From contig NC_043025.1 of assembly GCF_006345805.1 (NCBI RefSeq), positions 13,888,001 to 13,952,000 of the forward strand: a stretch of DNA of 64,000 nt, written 5' to 3'. Both the position numbers and the translations under genes were made by a program. Of this stretch, positions 36,087-47,545 are shown piece by piece (positions within the stretch are counted from its first letter, which is position 1; every line of letters starts with the position of its first letter). The notes beneath the pieces were generated by a model, which saw only the letters and a list, made by a program, of their open reading frames with translations, searched no databases and was not told where the DNA came from. Source of the stretch: Octopus sinensis (Eukaryota).

Positions 36087-36302
36087 ATCGTCCTTGTGTC
36101 TTATAAAATAACAACAGGACTTGGTGTCGGAGGAAGAGAGGAGCCGATTTCGTGGGAATGGCGCAGTTTGGTGGGTGTATCTTCGTGGGCTTGGATCGTT
36201 GTTGACATGTGTCGTCTGTCGGGAATATAAATACGCAAAATGTCGGTCGGTTCTTTGTCTCTGTTCTGCTGAAATCGGTGGAAGAAGAAAATCGTTCGTT
36301 GT
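36087..36302 (-). other. Candidate non-coding 5'UTR exon of TBCCD1
   Basis: CpG-containing unique island bounded on the minus strand by tttgtttgttgtcag| and gat|gtaagt. The first coding exon has an acceptor, so an upstream exon is required. Confidence 0.45.
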
Positions 36303-36394
36303 CTGACAACAAACAAAAGATGGACGGAAATGGTTGAAAGCAAGGGGAGAGCACTCTGTTCAGTGAATAGTTATCTCCCCCTTAAATCTAATTT

Positions 36395-38152
36395 AAGATT
36401 GGGGGTTGTAGTGGTGTGGTGGTGGTGGTGGTGGTTGTGGTTGTAGTGGTGTTGTGGTTGTTGTGGTGGTGGTGGTGGTGGTCGGTGGTAGTGGTGGTGG
36501 TGGTGGTGGTGGTGATGGTGGTGGTGGTGGTGGTGGTGGTGGTGGTGGTGGTTGTAGTGGTGGTTGTGGTTGTTGTGGTGGTGGTGGTGGGGTGGTAGTG
36601 GTGGTGGTGGTGGTGGTGGTGGTGGGTGGTGGTGGTGGTGATGGTGGTGGTGGTGGTGATGGTGGTGGTAGTGGTGGTGGTGGTGGTAGTGGTGGTGGTG
36701 GTGGTGGTGGTGGTAGTGGTGGTGGTGGGTGGTGGTAGTGTAGTGGTGGTGGTGGTGGTGGTGGTGGGTGGTGGTGGTGGTGATGTGGTTCTGGTGGTGG
36801 TAGTGATGGTGGTGGTGGTGGTGGTGGTGGTGGTGGTGTGTTGTAGTGGTGGTGTGTAGTGGTATGGTGGTGTTGTAGTGGTGGTTGTGGTTGTTGTGGT
36901 GGTGGCAGTGGCGGTGGTGGTGGTGGTGGTGATGGTCGTGGTGGTGGTGGTGGTGGTAGTGGTGGGTGGTGGTGGTGGTATGGTAGGGTGGTGGTGGTGT
37001 GGTGGTGGTGGTGGTGGTGGTGGTGGGTGGTGGTGGTGGTGGTGGTGGTGGTGGTAGTGGTGGTGGTGGTGGTAGTGGTGGTGGTGGTGGTGGTGGTGTG
37101 GTAGTGGTGGTGGTGGTGGTAGTGGTGTGGTGGTGGTGGTGGTGGTAGTGGTGGTGGTGGTGGTAGTGGTGGTGGTGGTGATGGTGGTGGTGGTGGTGAT
37201 GGTGTGGTAGTGGTGGGTGGTGGTGGTAGTGTGGTGGTGGTGGTGGTGGTGGTTAGTGGTGGTGGTGGTGGTGGTAGTGGTAGTGGTGGTGGTGGTGGTG
37301 GTGGTGGTGGTGGTGGTGGTGATGGTGGTGGTAGTGATGGTGGTGGTAGTGGTGGTGGTGGTGGTGGTGGTGGTGGTTGTAGTGGTGGTGGTAGTGGTGG
37401 TTGTAGTGGTGGTTGTGGTTGTTGTGGTGGTGGCAGTGGCGGTGGTGGTGGTGGTGGTGGTGATGGTGGTGGTAGTGGTGGGGTGGTGGTAGTGGTGGTG
37501 GTGGTGGTGGTGGTGGTGGTGGTGGGTGGTGGTGGTGGTGGTGGTGTGGTGGTGGTGGTGTGGTGTGGTGGTGGTGGGTGGTGGTGGGTGGTGGTGGTGG
37601 TGGTGGTGGTGGTAGTGGTGGTGGTGGTGGTGGTGGTGGTTGTAGTGGTGGTTGTGGTTGTTGTGGTGGTGGTGGTAGTGTGGTGGTGGTGGTGGGTGGT
37701 GTGGTGGTGTGGTGGTGGTGATGGTGGTGGTAGTGATGGTGGTGGTAGGGGTGTGGTGGTGGTGGTGGTGTTGTAGTGGTGGTGGTAGTGGTGGTTGTAG
37801 TGGTGGTTGTGGTTGTTGTGGTGGTGGTGGTGGTGGTGGTGGTAGTGGTGGTGGTGGTGGTGGTGGTGGTGGTGGTGGTTGTAGTGGTGGTGGTAGTGGT
37901 GGTTGTAGTGGTGGTTGTGGTTGTTGTGGTGGTGGTGGTGGTAGTAGTAATAGTAGTAGTAGTGGTGGTGGTGGTGGTGGTGGTAGTGGTGGTGGTTGTG
38001 GTAGTGGTTGTGGTGGTAGTGGTGATGATGGTGGTTGTGGTGGTGGTGGTGGTGGTGGTGGTGGTGGTAGTGGTTGTAGTGGTGGTTGTGGTTGTTGTGG
38101 TGGTGGTGGTGGTGGTGGTGGTAGTGGTGGTGGTGGTGGTGGTGGTGGTGGG
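36395..38152. repeat. ~1.75-kb degenerate (GGT)n trinucleotide tract
   Basis: Direct reading; contains recurring ggttgtagtggtggttgtggttgttgt submotifs. Confidence 0.97.
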
Positions 38153-38209
38153 TTAGCAAAAACGTCAGGTTTTGCTAACGAACCCTTTCTTAATTATGGG
38201 CCCCTTTCG

Positions 38210-38850
38210 ATGGCGAGCTGGCCGAACCGTTAGCACGCCGGACGAAATGCATAGCCGTATTTTGTCTGCCGTTACGTTCTGGCTTCAAATTCCGCCGAGG
38301 TCGACCTTGCCTTTCATCCTTTCGGGGTCGATAAATTAAGTACCAGTTATGCACTGGGGTCGATGTAATCGACTTAATCCCTTTGTCTGTCCTTGTTTGT
38401 CCCCTCTGTGTGTAGCCCCTTGTGGGTAGTAAAGAAATATATTTTATTCTGGTGGACACCTCCCCCTATAGCCATTACTCTCTCTTTTACTCTTTTACTT
38501 GTTTCAGTCATTTGACTGTGGCCATACTGGAGCACTGCCTTTAGTCGAGCAAATCGACCCCAGGACTTATTCTTTGAATGCCTAGTATTTATTTTATCGG
38601 TCTCTTTTGCCGAACCGCTAAGATACAGGGACATAAACACACCATGTATGTGTGTGTATATGTTTGTGTGTGTGTGTTTGTCCCCCCCCCCCAACATCTC
38701 TTGACAACCGATGGTGGTGTGTTTACGTCCCCGTCAGTTAGCGGTTCGGCAAAAGAGACCGATGCAATAAGTACTAGGCTTACAAAGAATGAGTCCCGGA
38801 TTCGACTTGCTCGACTAAAGGCGGTGCTCCAGTATGGCCGCAGTCAAATG
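38210..38850. mobile_element. SINE B (+) followed by SINE A fragments in both orientations
   Basis: Family-diagnostic motifs. Confidence 0.8.
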
Positions 38851-40671
38851 AAAGTGCGCGCGAGAGAGAGAGCGACCAGGTGTTTCGGCTCAAGTCGAAC
38901 CGTTGCCTTGGAGACGACAATGGTCGAAGCCAATGGCGGTTTTATTGAATAAATTTACTCTTTGGGATTTCAAGATATTTTTATGGAATTTTGGTAAATA
39001 TATCTGTAAAAATGAGATGTCAGAGTTATTTAGACGACAGTATTATTTTCCGGTCCCTGGACGTGCGTGTGGGTATGTGTCTGGGTGTGGGGTCAAGGAG
39101 TCTGAGGTCGAGTTTTTGTTGGGTTTTTCAAGCCATCCGTGGACATCAAAGACAATGGATGGACGTGTGTGAGTGCATTCGTACTAAAGTATGCACGAGA
39201 GAGGAGAGAGAGAGAGAGGGAGGGAAAAGAGAGAGGGAGAGAGAGAGAGAGAGAGAGAGGGGGGGGAGAGTCAGGTGTTTCAGCTGAGGTAAAAAAAAAT
39301 TTTATAGAAATGAAAGATTGTTAGGAAAATTGCACGCGCACCGGGACCACTGTTCTTGAGTAGAACCGTTGCCTTGGAGACCATAGTTGAAGCCAATGGC
39401 GGTTTTATTGAATAAATTTACTCTTTAGTATTGGTATGAGGTGGTCATGAGATGTACTAAAAATAGCAGCTAAACACCCCTTAAGTCACGTACATTTTTT
39501 TTTCTTTTAGTGGGCAGTATTGCATAATTGTATAAATTCCCAAGTATTGATCACAAATTCACAAATATTTTCTGAAATTCCAAAAATAAAAAGAAACTGT
39601 GAGGTAGATGGGTCATACGGGGTACTTAAAGCAGAATTTTGCCGAAGATTTTATATGGAACAAAATTTTCGACCTCTTCATCATCATCCTTTAACATCCG
39701 CTTTCCATGCTGGCATGGGTTGGACATTTCGACTGAAAGCTGGTAAGCTGCACCAGTTTCCAGTCTGATTTGACAAGGTCCCTACGGCTGGATGCCCTTC
39801 CTAATACCAACCACTCCGAGAGAGTTTGTAGGGGGTTGTTATCCCAGCATTGACCACGTCTACGGTCTTACTGACTTGACAGGGCAACACACAGACAGAT
39901 ATCGTAAGGGGGGGTCTTCATCTCCTGTCACTGCCCCCGTCAGGCCCAATGCTCAAATGATGCTTTATACATGCCACAAGCATGGGTGCCGCCGGTCAAA
40001 TGGCACTGACATCAGCCATGCCTCGACTAAAGGCGGTGCTCCAGCATGGCCACAGTCAAATGACTAAAACAAGTATAAAAGAGAGAGAGTATATCTGTTA
40101 AAATGAGACGTCGGCGAAATTTTCATTTTTGCGTAATTTAGACAACAGTTTATTTTCCGCCCCCTGAATGTGTGTGAGTGTGAGGTCAAGTCTGAGTGTG
40201 AGGTCGAGTCTGAGTTGGAGTGTATGTTTGGTGTTTCAAGCCATTCGTGGCCATCAAAGAGAATGGATGGACGTGTGTGAGTGCATTCGTACTAAAGTGA
40301 GAGAGAGAGAGAGAGAGGGAGAGAAAGAGAGAGAGAGAGCGACTCAAGTCGAACCGTTGCCTTGGAGACGGCCATGGTCGAAGCCAATGGCGGTTTTATT
40401 GAATAAATTTACTCTTTTAGGATTTCAAGATATTTTTATGGAATTTTGGTAAATATTTCTGTTAAAATGAGATGTCAGAGTTATTTAGACGACAGATTAT
40501 TTTCCGGCCCCTTTACGTGCGTGTGGGTATGTGTCTGGGTGTGGGGTCAAGGAGTCTGGGTTCGAGTTTTTGTTGGGTTTTTGAAGCCATTCTTGGACAT
40601 CAAAGACAATGGATGGACGTGTGTGAGTGCATTCGTACTAAAGTGCGCGCGAGAGAGAGAGAGAGAGAGGG

Positions 40672-40702
<31 letters not shown>

Positions 40703-40742
40703 GGGAGAGAGAGAGGGAGAGAGAGAGGAGAGGGAGGGAGAG

Positions 40743-40784
<42 letters not shown>

Positions 40785-40840
40785 CCAGGTGTTTCGGCCG
40801 AGGTAAAAAAAAAATTATAGAAATGAAAGATTGTTGAGGA
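38850..40840 (+). repeat. Locally repeated composite unit (maT-transposon 3' end + CpG-rich segment + (GA)n)
   Basis: gaagccaatggcggttttattgaataaatttactc (identical to the transposase end at about 46372) is joined to ggacatcaaagacaatggatggacgtgtgtgagtgcattcgtactaaagt-(GA)n. Three to four copies. Confidence 0.75.
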
Positions 40841-41237
40841 AATGGATGAAGCAGAAGGATTTTCGTTTTCAGTTTCATGTGTGTGTGCTGTGTGTGTATG
40901 TGCGTGTATGTGTATGTGTGTGTGTGTATGTGTGTGTGTGTGTTTTCCACAAGACGAAGTAGATTGGGGGGAAAATCTATTCTGAAACTGAAGCAGACGA
41001 CACAACTTTGGGCGGGAAACGGGGAAGCAGCCATTGATGGCCGTCTCAGACTTGTTAATCTTATAAAACTTTATATATAATTCTGTTTAGATATATTATT
41101 ATTATTGTTATATATTATACATTAATTATCTTGAAAAGCTGCCATTCAATCGTGTCTCTGGAAGGGAAAATTTTATCTTCCGTAAAGGAACAACTGAGAA
41201 CTTTCTCAAAATAATAATAATAATAATAATAATAAAT

Positions 41238-41857
41238 TGCTATACGTTTTTAAACTGGAATGAAAATGTTTATTTTCTTAATAAAATAAAGACTAAGTTT
41301 TATTTATGCCGGAATAAACTAAAGAAAAAAAATTCCTTTGAAATTAGCAGACGGTAAAACTTCGGTGACAAACGTAAAAATCGCCATTGCTGGTCGTCTG
41401 CATCTTGTCTGTCATACGAACTTCTTGAAGCTTCTGTGTAGCTATATTAATACATATTAAACCGATCGTTATCTAGAAAACGTCCTACATTAACCAAACT
41501 ACAATGTTATACAGATAATCATTAAATAAATGCTACTCCATCGTATCTTCATTACAGCGAGAACACTTTCACAAGAAAACTTCTGTTTAGTAAAACTAAA
41601 AATTACTATACGTTTTTAAACTGGAATGAAAATGTTTATTTTCTTAATAAAATAAAGACTAAGTTTTATTTATGCCGGAATAAACTAAAGAAAAAAAATT
41701 CCTTTGAAATTAGCAGACGGTACAACTTCGGTGGCAAACGTAAAAATCGCCATTGCTGGTCGTCTGCAACTTGTCCGTCATACAAACTTCTTGAACCTTC
41801 TGTGTAGCTATATTAATACATATTAAACCGATCGTTATCTAGAAAACATCCTACATT
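41238..41857. repeat. ~254-bp direct duplication (41238-41491, 41604-41857) directly upstream of the orphan ORF
   Basis: Nearly identical copies from tatacgtttttaaactgg to gaaaac(g/a)tcctacatta. Confidence 0.92.
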
Positions 41858-41870
41858 ATTGGTGTTTGCT

Positions 41871-42191
41871 ATGGAAGTTTACAATCATGCTTCAGAAATG
41901 GCTAGACTGGATGAAATTAGCAAAGAACTCGAAGAACTGAGCGACACTTTGCTGAAACTCAGAGTCGGTTGTCAAGTGCTGGAGGTTGAATTATGTACGA
42001 TCTGGAGTCCGTACATGGAGGAAATTATCGATTCTGCGACTATAAGCTGCAAGGAATGCAGTGAATCGCTGACATCGGCCTCGGAGACTCTTTCTCTTGA
42101 CGAAGTTGGAGATGGCGGCGAAGCTGGTGATGGCGGCGACGGCGGAGATGATGGCGGCGGCGGCGGCGAGAAAGAAATTGTGGCAGATTAA
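41871..42191 (+). CDS. Putative intronless 106-aa acidic protein of unknown function
   Basis: GCT-ATG-G Kozak context. Non-repetitive open frame [30 protein letters not shown]...(G/D-rich tail)EKEIVAD*, GC-richer than its flanks. AATAAA at 43005-43010. Confidence 0.5.
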   Translation: MEVYNHASEMARLDEISKELEELSDTLLKLRVGCQVLEVELCTIWSPYMEEIIDSATISCKECSESLTSASETLSLDEVGDGGEAGDGGDGGDDGGGGGEKEIVAD

Positions 42192-42229
42192 GAAATGTTT
42201 TATGTGTTACACAAGCAAACTGATGGAGA

Positions 42230-42252
42230 CATGCATACACATATATATATAC

Positions 42253-42291
<39 letters not shown>

Positions 42292-42501
42292 CATATATAT
42301 ATGAGTAGATATACATACATACATACATAAACATATATATACATATACATGCATATATATATATATATATATATAAGTAGTTATACACACATACCTACAT
42401 ACATACATACATATATATATATATATACATATACATACATATATATACATGTATATTTACATATGTATACACATATACATACATATATATGTACATATAT
42501 T

Positions 42502-42537
<36 letters not shown>

Positions 42538-42830
42538 TAAGTAGATATACACATACATACATACACATATATATATACATACCTATACATATATATATAC
42601 ATATATATATATACACATATATATATATATACATATATATACACATATATATACACATATATATAAATATATATGTACATATATTTACATATATATACAC
42701 ACATATATAAGTAGATATATATACATACATTCATATGTACACACACATATAAATACATATATATATATACATATACACACATACATTCAAATATATGTGT
42801 GTGTATATACACACACACAACACACATATA
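42230..42830. repeat. (TA/CA)n compound microsatellite
   Basis: Direct reading. Similar tracts at 13990-14215, 44070-44250 and 53260-53870. Confidence 0.95.
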
Positions 42831-43067
42831 TGCAGTCAACATTTATTTATTTATAAACACTCTGTTATATACACTTTCCATTTATACCCAAATATACATT
42901 CCTCTATATAACAATCCTTAATGTATACACAATTTACCATCATAAAATATTCATTTTTTTTCATGTTTCTATAGTCATCACCTTATATAACATTATTCTG
43001 CTTAAATAAAGTTCTCTGTATGTATAAAAAGTTCAGTTTATATATATCCAATATAATTACAATATAC

Positions 43068-43473
43068 ACTCTTTTATTCTTTTACTTGTTTAAGTCGTTT
43101 GACTGCAGCCATGCTGGAGCACCACCTTTGGTCGAGCAAATCGACCCCGGGACTTATTCTATGTAAGCCCAGTACTTATTCTATCGGTCTCTTTTGCCGA
43201 ACCGCTAAGTGACGGGGACGTAAATACACCAGCATCAGTTGTCAAGCGATGCTAGGGGGACAAACACAGACACACAAACATACACACACACACATATATA
43301 TACATATATATGACGGGCTTCTTTCAGTTTCCGTCTACCAAATCCACTCACAAGGCTTTGGTCGGCCCGGGGCTATAGCAGAAGACACTTGCCCAAGATG
43401 CCACGCAGTGGAACTGAACCCGGAACCATGTGGTTGGTAAGCAAGCTACTTACCACACAGCCACTCCTGCGCC
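43068..43473 (-). mobile_element. SINE family A, full length
   Basis: Reverse-complement copy. Confidence 0.88.
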
Positions 43474-43581
43474 TATATATACATTCACTTATTTATTCAC
43501 TTATATATACATTCTTCTATTTATATAGCCTCAACTTCTGCCCATTCATCTATTTATAGGGTGTTCTCTTTACATAGTCTC

Positions 43582-43800
43582 CTACCCACATGGGCGGTTC
43601 TGTTTATATAACACCTGTTTAAATACTGCCTTGTGTATATATATATATAGCAAGAAGTTGAGGTTATAAGAGATAATGGTGTCATTGAGACCCAAAGGGG
43701 TCAGGTAATGCTGAATAAGTGCTGCAATATTTGGTAATATTGTGAATAAAGGGTTCAATGTTGGTTCTATATCAGCATGTGTATATAAGAATTTATTATG
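43582..43800 (-). mobile_element. Highly degenerate Penelope-like RT fragment
   Basis: LYTHADIEPTL...FKQVLYKQNRPCG loosely echoes PLE RT motifs (SLYTN.P...; F...YKQ..G..MG). Confidence 0.35.
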
Positions 43801-43810
43801 CAAAATTTCT

Positions 43811-43853
<43 letters not shown>

Positions 43854-43950
43854 CGGGAAGCTTTATGAAAATAAACAAAAGACGAAGGCAGGTGGAAAAC
43901 AAACGAACAATTGTATTAGTATGGCGCTCAGGAAATATAAATAAAACAAG

Positions 43951-43988
43951 TCTTTAACGTTTCGAGCCTACGCTCTTCAACAGAAAGA
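43951..43988 (-). ncRNA. Minimal hammerhead-like motif, probably inactive (A6U)
   Basis: Minus strand: TCTTT-CTGTTGA-A-GAGC(GTAG)GCTC-GAAAC-GTT-AAAGA. Confidence 0.5.
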
Positions 43989-44152
43989 TACACAGAGAGA
44001 GAAAAACACAGAAAGAAGGAGAGAAAAAAAATGCGTGCAGTAGCTAACGAATCAACATGGCGAATATATATATATATATGTACACATATATATATAATTA
44101 TTATATATATATATATATATATATTATATATTTATATATAATATATATATAT

Positions 44153-44254
<102 letters not shown>

Positions 44255-44748
44255 AGATGACTATCACTTTGCTTCTTACTCGGATTCTCAGAAATTTCGC
44301 ATGACTGTATCCAAAATTTCTTCACATAACTTGATCAAATATTCAATATGAGCTATATGTAGACATGCACAAATTCTGTAAGTTCAAGACCTTTCATCGG
44401 ATCTCCAGGAATCGAACTTTCTTCAATGCAGTTAAACTTACATCCTCATTTGTATCTACCCCTTTTGATGTTTGGGAATCTCTGATGTTTTTTCGGCTGA
44501 CGAGTATGAGCCATCTGTATTCACTGCATTTTTTGTAGCTTATTAAAGATGTCCTCGTACGAAACAATTGTACCGAGATTTTAATCCATTCTTGTTGCTT
44601 TTTTCCTATTTGCAATCACCCCACTTGTCGTATGGTTAACACCATATAGATTTCCGGTGCATCCTAGTTAAGGACCATATTCATGTGAATTCATTAGAAC
44701 TCACTTGAATCTCAATTACTTAAAACGAGTATATACATATATATATAC

Positions 44749-44835
<87 letters not shown>

Positions 44836-45095
44836 ATACATCATCATCATCGTTTAGCATCCGCTTTCCATGCTAGCATGGGTTGGACAGTTCAACTGGG
44901 GTCTGGGAAGCCAGAAGGCTGCACCAGGCCCAGTCAGATCTGGCAGTGTTTCTACGGCTGGATGCCCTTCCTAACGCCAACCACTCTGTGATTGTAGTCG
45001 GTGCTTTTTACGTATATACATATGTAAAAAAATTTTCCGTAATAAGATAAAAAAAACCAAGGCTGTGCAGACATTAGAGCATTTATAGATAGAAG

Positions 45096-45147
45096 GTCTT
45101 ACAGCTGTTTCTAGGATATTTATTAACAATATCCCTTCATCGGAAAC
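45096..45147 (-). ncRNA. Minimal type I hammerhead-like motif (U4C, palindromic stem III)
   Basis: Minus strand: GTTT-CCGATGA-A-GGGATATT(GTTAATA)AATATCCT-A-GAAAC-AGCT-GTA-AGAC. ACAGCTGT is self-complementary; GUA cleavage triplet. Confidence 0.6.
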
Positions 45148-45354
45148 GGTGTGAGAGGAAAAATTAAGTTTTAGTTAGTTTCGATGTGATACAAAATCGA
45201 GAGTGAGGTGGAGGAAAGAAAATAGATGCAAGATATGTCTGGGTATTGAAGTTGTAAATCCATTGTTTAGGCAGAATGGTATATATGCAATGTTCCAATA
45301 TCCTATGAGACCTGCACCCCTCAAGTGTTCTGGACCTTTCATCCTTGTTACTGG

Positions 45355-46396
45355 AGAATGCACAGAACAACTGTTGGTTTGCCATGACCCCAAAACATGT
45401 ATCGAGAATGATAAAAATCAAACATCCAGTCGACATTATGGTGTTTGGAGTGATCACTAGTAATGACATGCATAAGATCTGGTCATCAAATCTAAGTAGA
45501 GACTTCAAACTTGAAATCTTCAAAGCCACAGTCGAACCAATTCTACTATATGGCTCAGAAACCTGGACGTTATCTAAGAAGCTTGAGAGGCGGTTGGATG
45601 GAACCTACACTCGCCTCCTTACGAGAGCTCAAAATCTCTCGTGGAAGCGCCATCCAACCAAAATGCAAATATATGGGAAACTACCACCTGTGTCATCTCT
45701 TGTGAAAGGTAGGAGAGTCCAGTTTGCTGGACATTGTTGTAGAGCTGAAAAAGAGGTAATCTCTACTCTTCTCCTCTGGATGCCATCTACTCGCAACACC
45801 AGAGGGCGCACACTCTCCTACCCTGATGTAATCTCCAGGGATACAGGCATCCAGCAACAAGACCTCCGTAATGCCATGATGGACCGTGAAGTCTGGCGTA
45901 GCATGGTAAATTCCATTGTTTTGACCACGGTCGAACAATGATGAATGATGAGAGATGGTGACATTATGCCTCCATTCATCTTCCCACGCGGCCTCAGACT
46001 GAACATGGAGGCCTACATCAAGTGCCTGGAGGAGGTAGTGCTGCCCTGGGTCAAGAAGGTGGCTGCTGGAAGACCTCGTGTCTGGCAACAGGACACTGCG
46101 CCATGCCACACAAGCAGGAGAACCCAGTCATGGCTGTCAGACAATTTCTGCGACCACACCACCCCTAACATTTGGCCACCTAACTCCCTAGACTGCAACC
46201 CTCTTGATTAGTATGTATGGGGCACAGTTGAGCGAGAGACCAACAAAACTCCCTGTAACACCAAAGATGAACTGAAGACAAGGATTAGGGCAGCATTTAC
46301 CAACTTAAACAAGGACAAGACCGTCCAGAAGTGTTGCAGGAGATTCCGAAGTTGTCTGGAGGCCATGGTTGAAGCCAATGGCGATTTTATTGAATA
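45355..46396 (+). mobile_element. Tc1/mariner DD37D (maT-type) transposase remnant, interrupted by an RTE LINE
   Basis: KHPVDIMVFGVITS|...|DGDIMPPFIFP...WQQDTAPCHTS...WPPNSLDCNPLD*YVWG...VEANGDFIE*. I count 37 residues between the second and third catalytic D; premature TAG. Confidence 0.88.
45462..45953 (+). mobile_element. 5'-truncated RTE-clade LINE (ORF C-terminus plus TGA tail)
   Basis: IFKATVEPILLYGSETWTL...R..FAGHC.R...DREVWR motifs; tail tgatgaatgatga. Confidence 0.88.
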
Positions 46397-46409
46397 AATT
46401 TACTCTTTT

Positions 46410-47042
46410 ACTCGTTTCAGTCATTTGATTGTGGCCATGCTGGAGCACCGCATTTAGTCGAGCAAATTAACCCCAGGACTTATTCTTTATAAGCCTAGTA
46501 CTTATTTCTTTATTGCCCACATAGGGCTAAACATAGAGGGGACAAACAAGGACAGACAAAGGGATTAAGTCGATTACATCGACCCCAGTGCGCAACTGGT
46601 ACTTAATTTATCGACCCTGAAAGGATGAAAGGCAAAGTCGACCTCGGCGGAATTTGAACTCAGAACGTAACGGCAGACAAAATACTGCTAAGCATTTTGC
46701 CCGGCGTGCTAACGTTTCTGCCAGCTCGCAGCCCTTACTTATAAGCCTAGTACTTATTCTATCGGTCTCTTTTGACGAACCGCTAAATTACGGTGACGTA
46801 AACAAACCAGCATCGGTTGTCAAGCAATATTGGGGGGACAAACACAGAGACACAAATTCATATATACACATATATATACGACGGGCTTCTTTCAGTTTCC
46901 GTCTACCAAATCCACTCACAAGGCTTTGGTCGGCCCGAGGCTATAGTAGAAGACCCTTGCCAAAGGTGCCATGCAGTGGGACTGAACCCGGAACCATGTG
47001 GTTGGTGAGCAAGCTGCTTACCACACAGCCACTCCTGCGCCT
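46410..47042 (-). mobile_element. Nested SINE A/B/A cluster in the maT 3' flank
   Basis: SINE B (46500-46730) sits inside SINE A; the transposon 3' sequence resumes at about 47050. Confidence 0.8.
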
Positions 47043-47299
47043 ATACTGTTTTATTATTTCAAGATATTTTTATGTAATTTTTGTAAATATGTCTGTTAAA
47101 ATGAGATGTCAATGACTAAAAATTCTTCAAGGCGGTGCCCCAGCATGGCCGCAGTCCAATAACTGAAACAAGCATTGGGTAAAATGTACAAAGGTTTCAA
47201 CATTTTAGGATATCAAATAAATACAGTACATGGGAGATAATCGTATAGCATTCCATACGTGATTACTTCCCTTTGTCCATTAATTTTCTCCTCTTTCGT

Positions 47300-47545
47300 C
47301 TCATATAAAATCTTCGGCAAAATTCTGCTTTAAGTACCCCGTATGACCCTTTCTACCTCATAATTTCTTTTTATTTTTGGAATTTCATAAAATTTTTGAG
47401 AATTTCTGATCTATACACGGGAATTTATACAGTTATGCAATACTGCCCACCAAAAAAAAAAAATTAAAGTAATGGTGCGTGACTTCAGGGGTGTTTAGCT
47501 GTTATTTTTAGTACATCTCATGACCACCTCATGCCGTCCTCGTTT
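47300..47545 (-). repeat. Dispersed repeat, inverted copy of 39420-39670
   Basis: cggcaaaattctgctttaagtaccccgtatgaccc is the reverse complement of gggtcatacggggtacttaaagcagaattttgccg. Confidence 0.75.

Noticed and set aside
36393-38159. 588-aa His/Pro/Thr-rich ORF and the opposite-strand Gly/Val ORFs
   Set aside because: Pure translation of the (GGT)n tract, which lacks stops in these frames; no unique coding sequence or splice signals.
40945-40959. 15-nt identity (ttccacaagacgaag) with the 2.5-4.6 kb array unit
   Set aside because: A few 15-mer matches are expected by chance in 64 kb, and there is no flanking similarity.
44270-44720. Coding-like composition on the minus strand, possibly a transposase relic
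   Set aside because: Multiple stops in all frames and no motif I can identify confidently.
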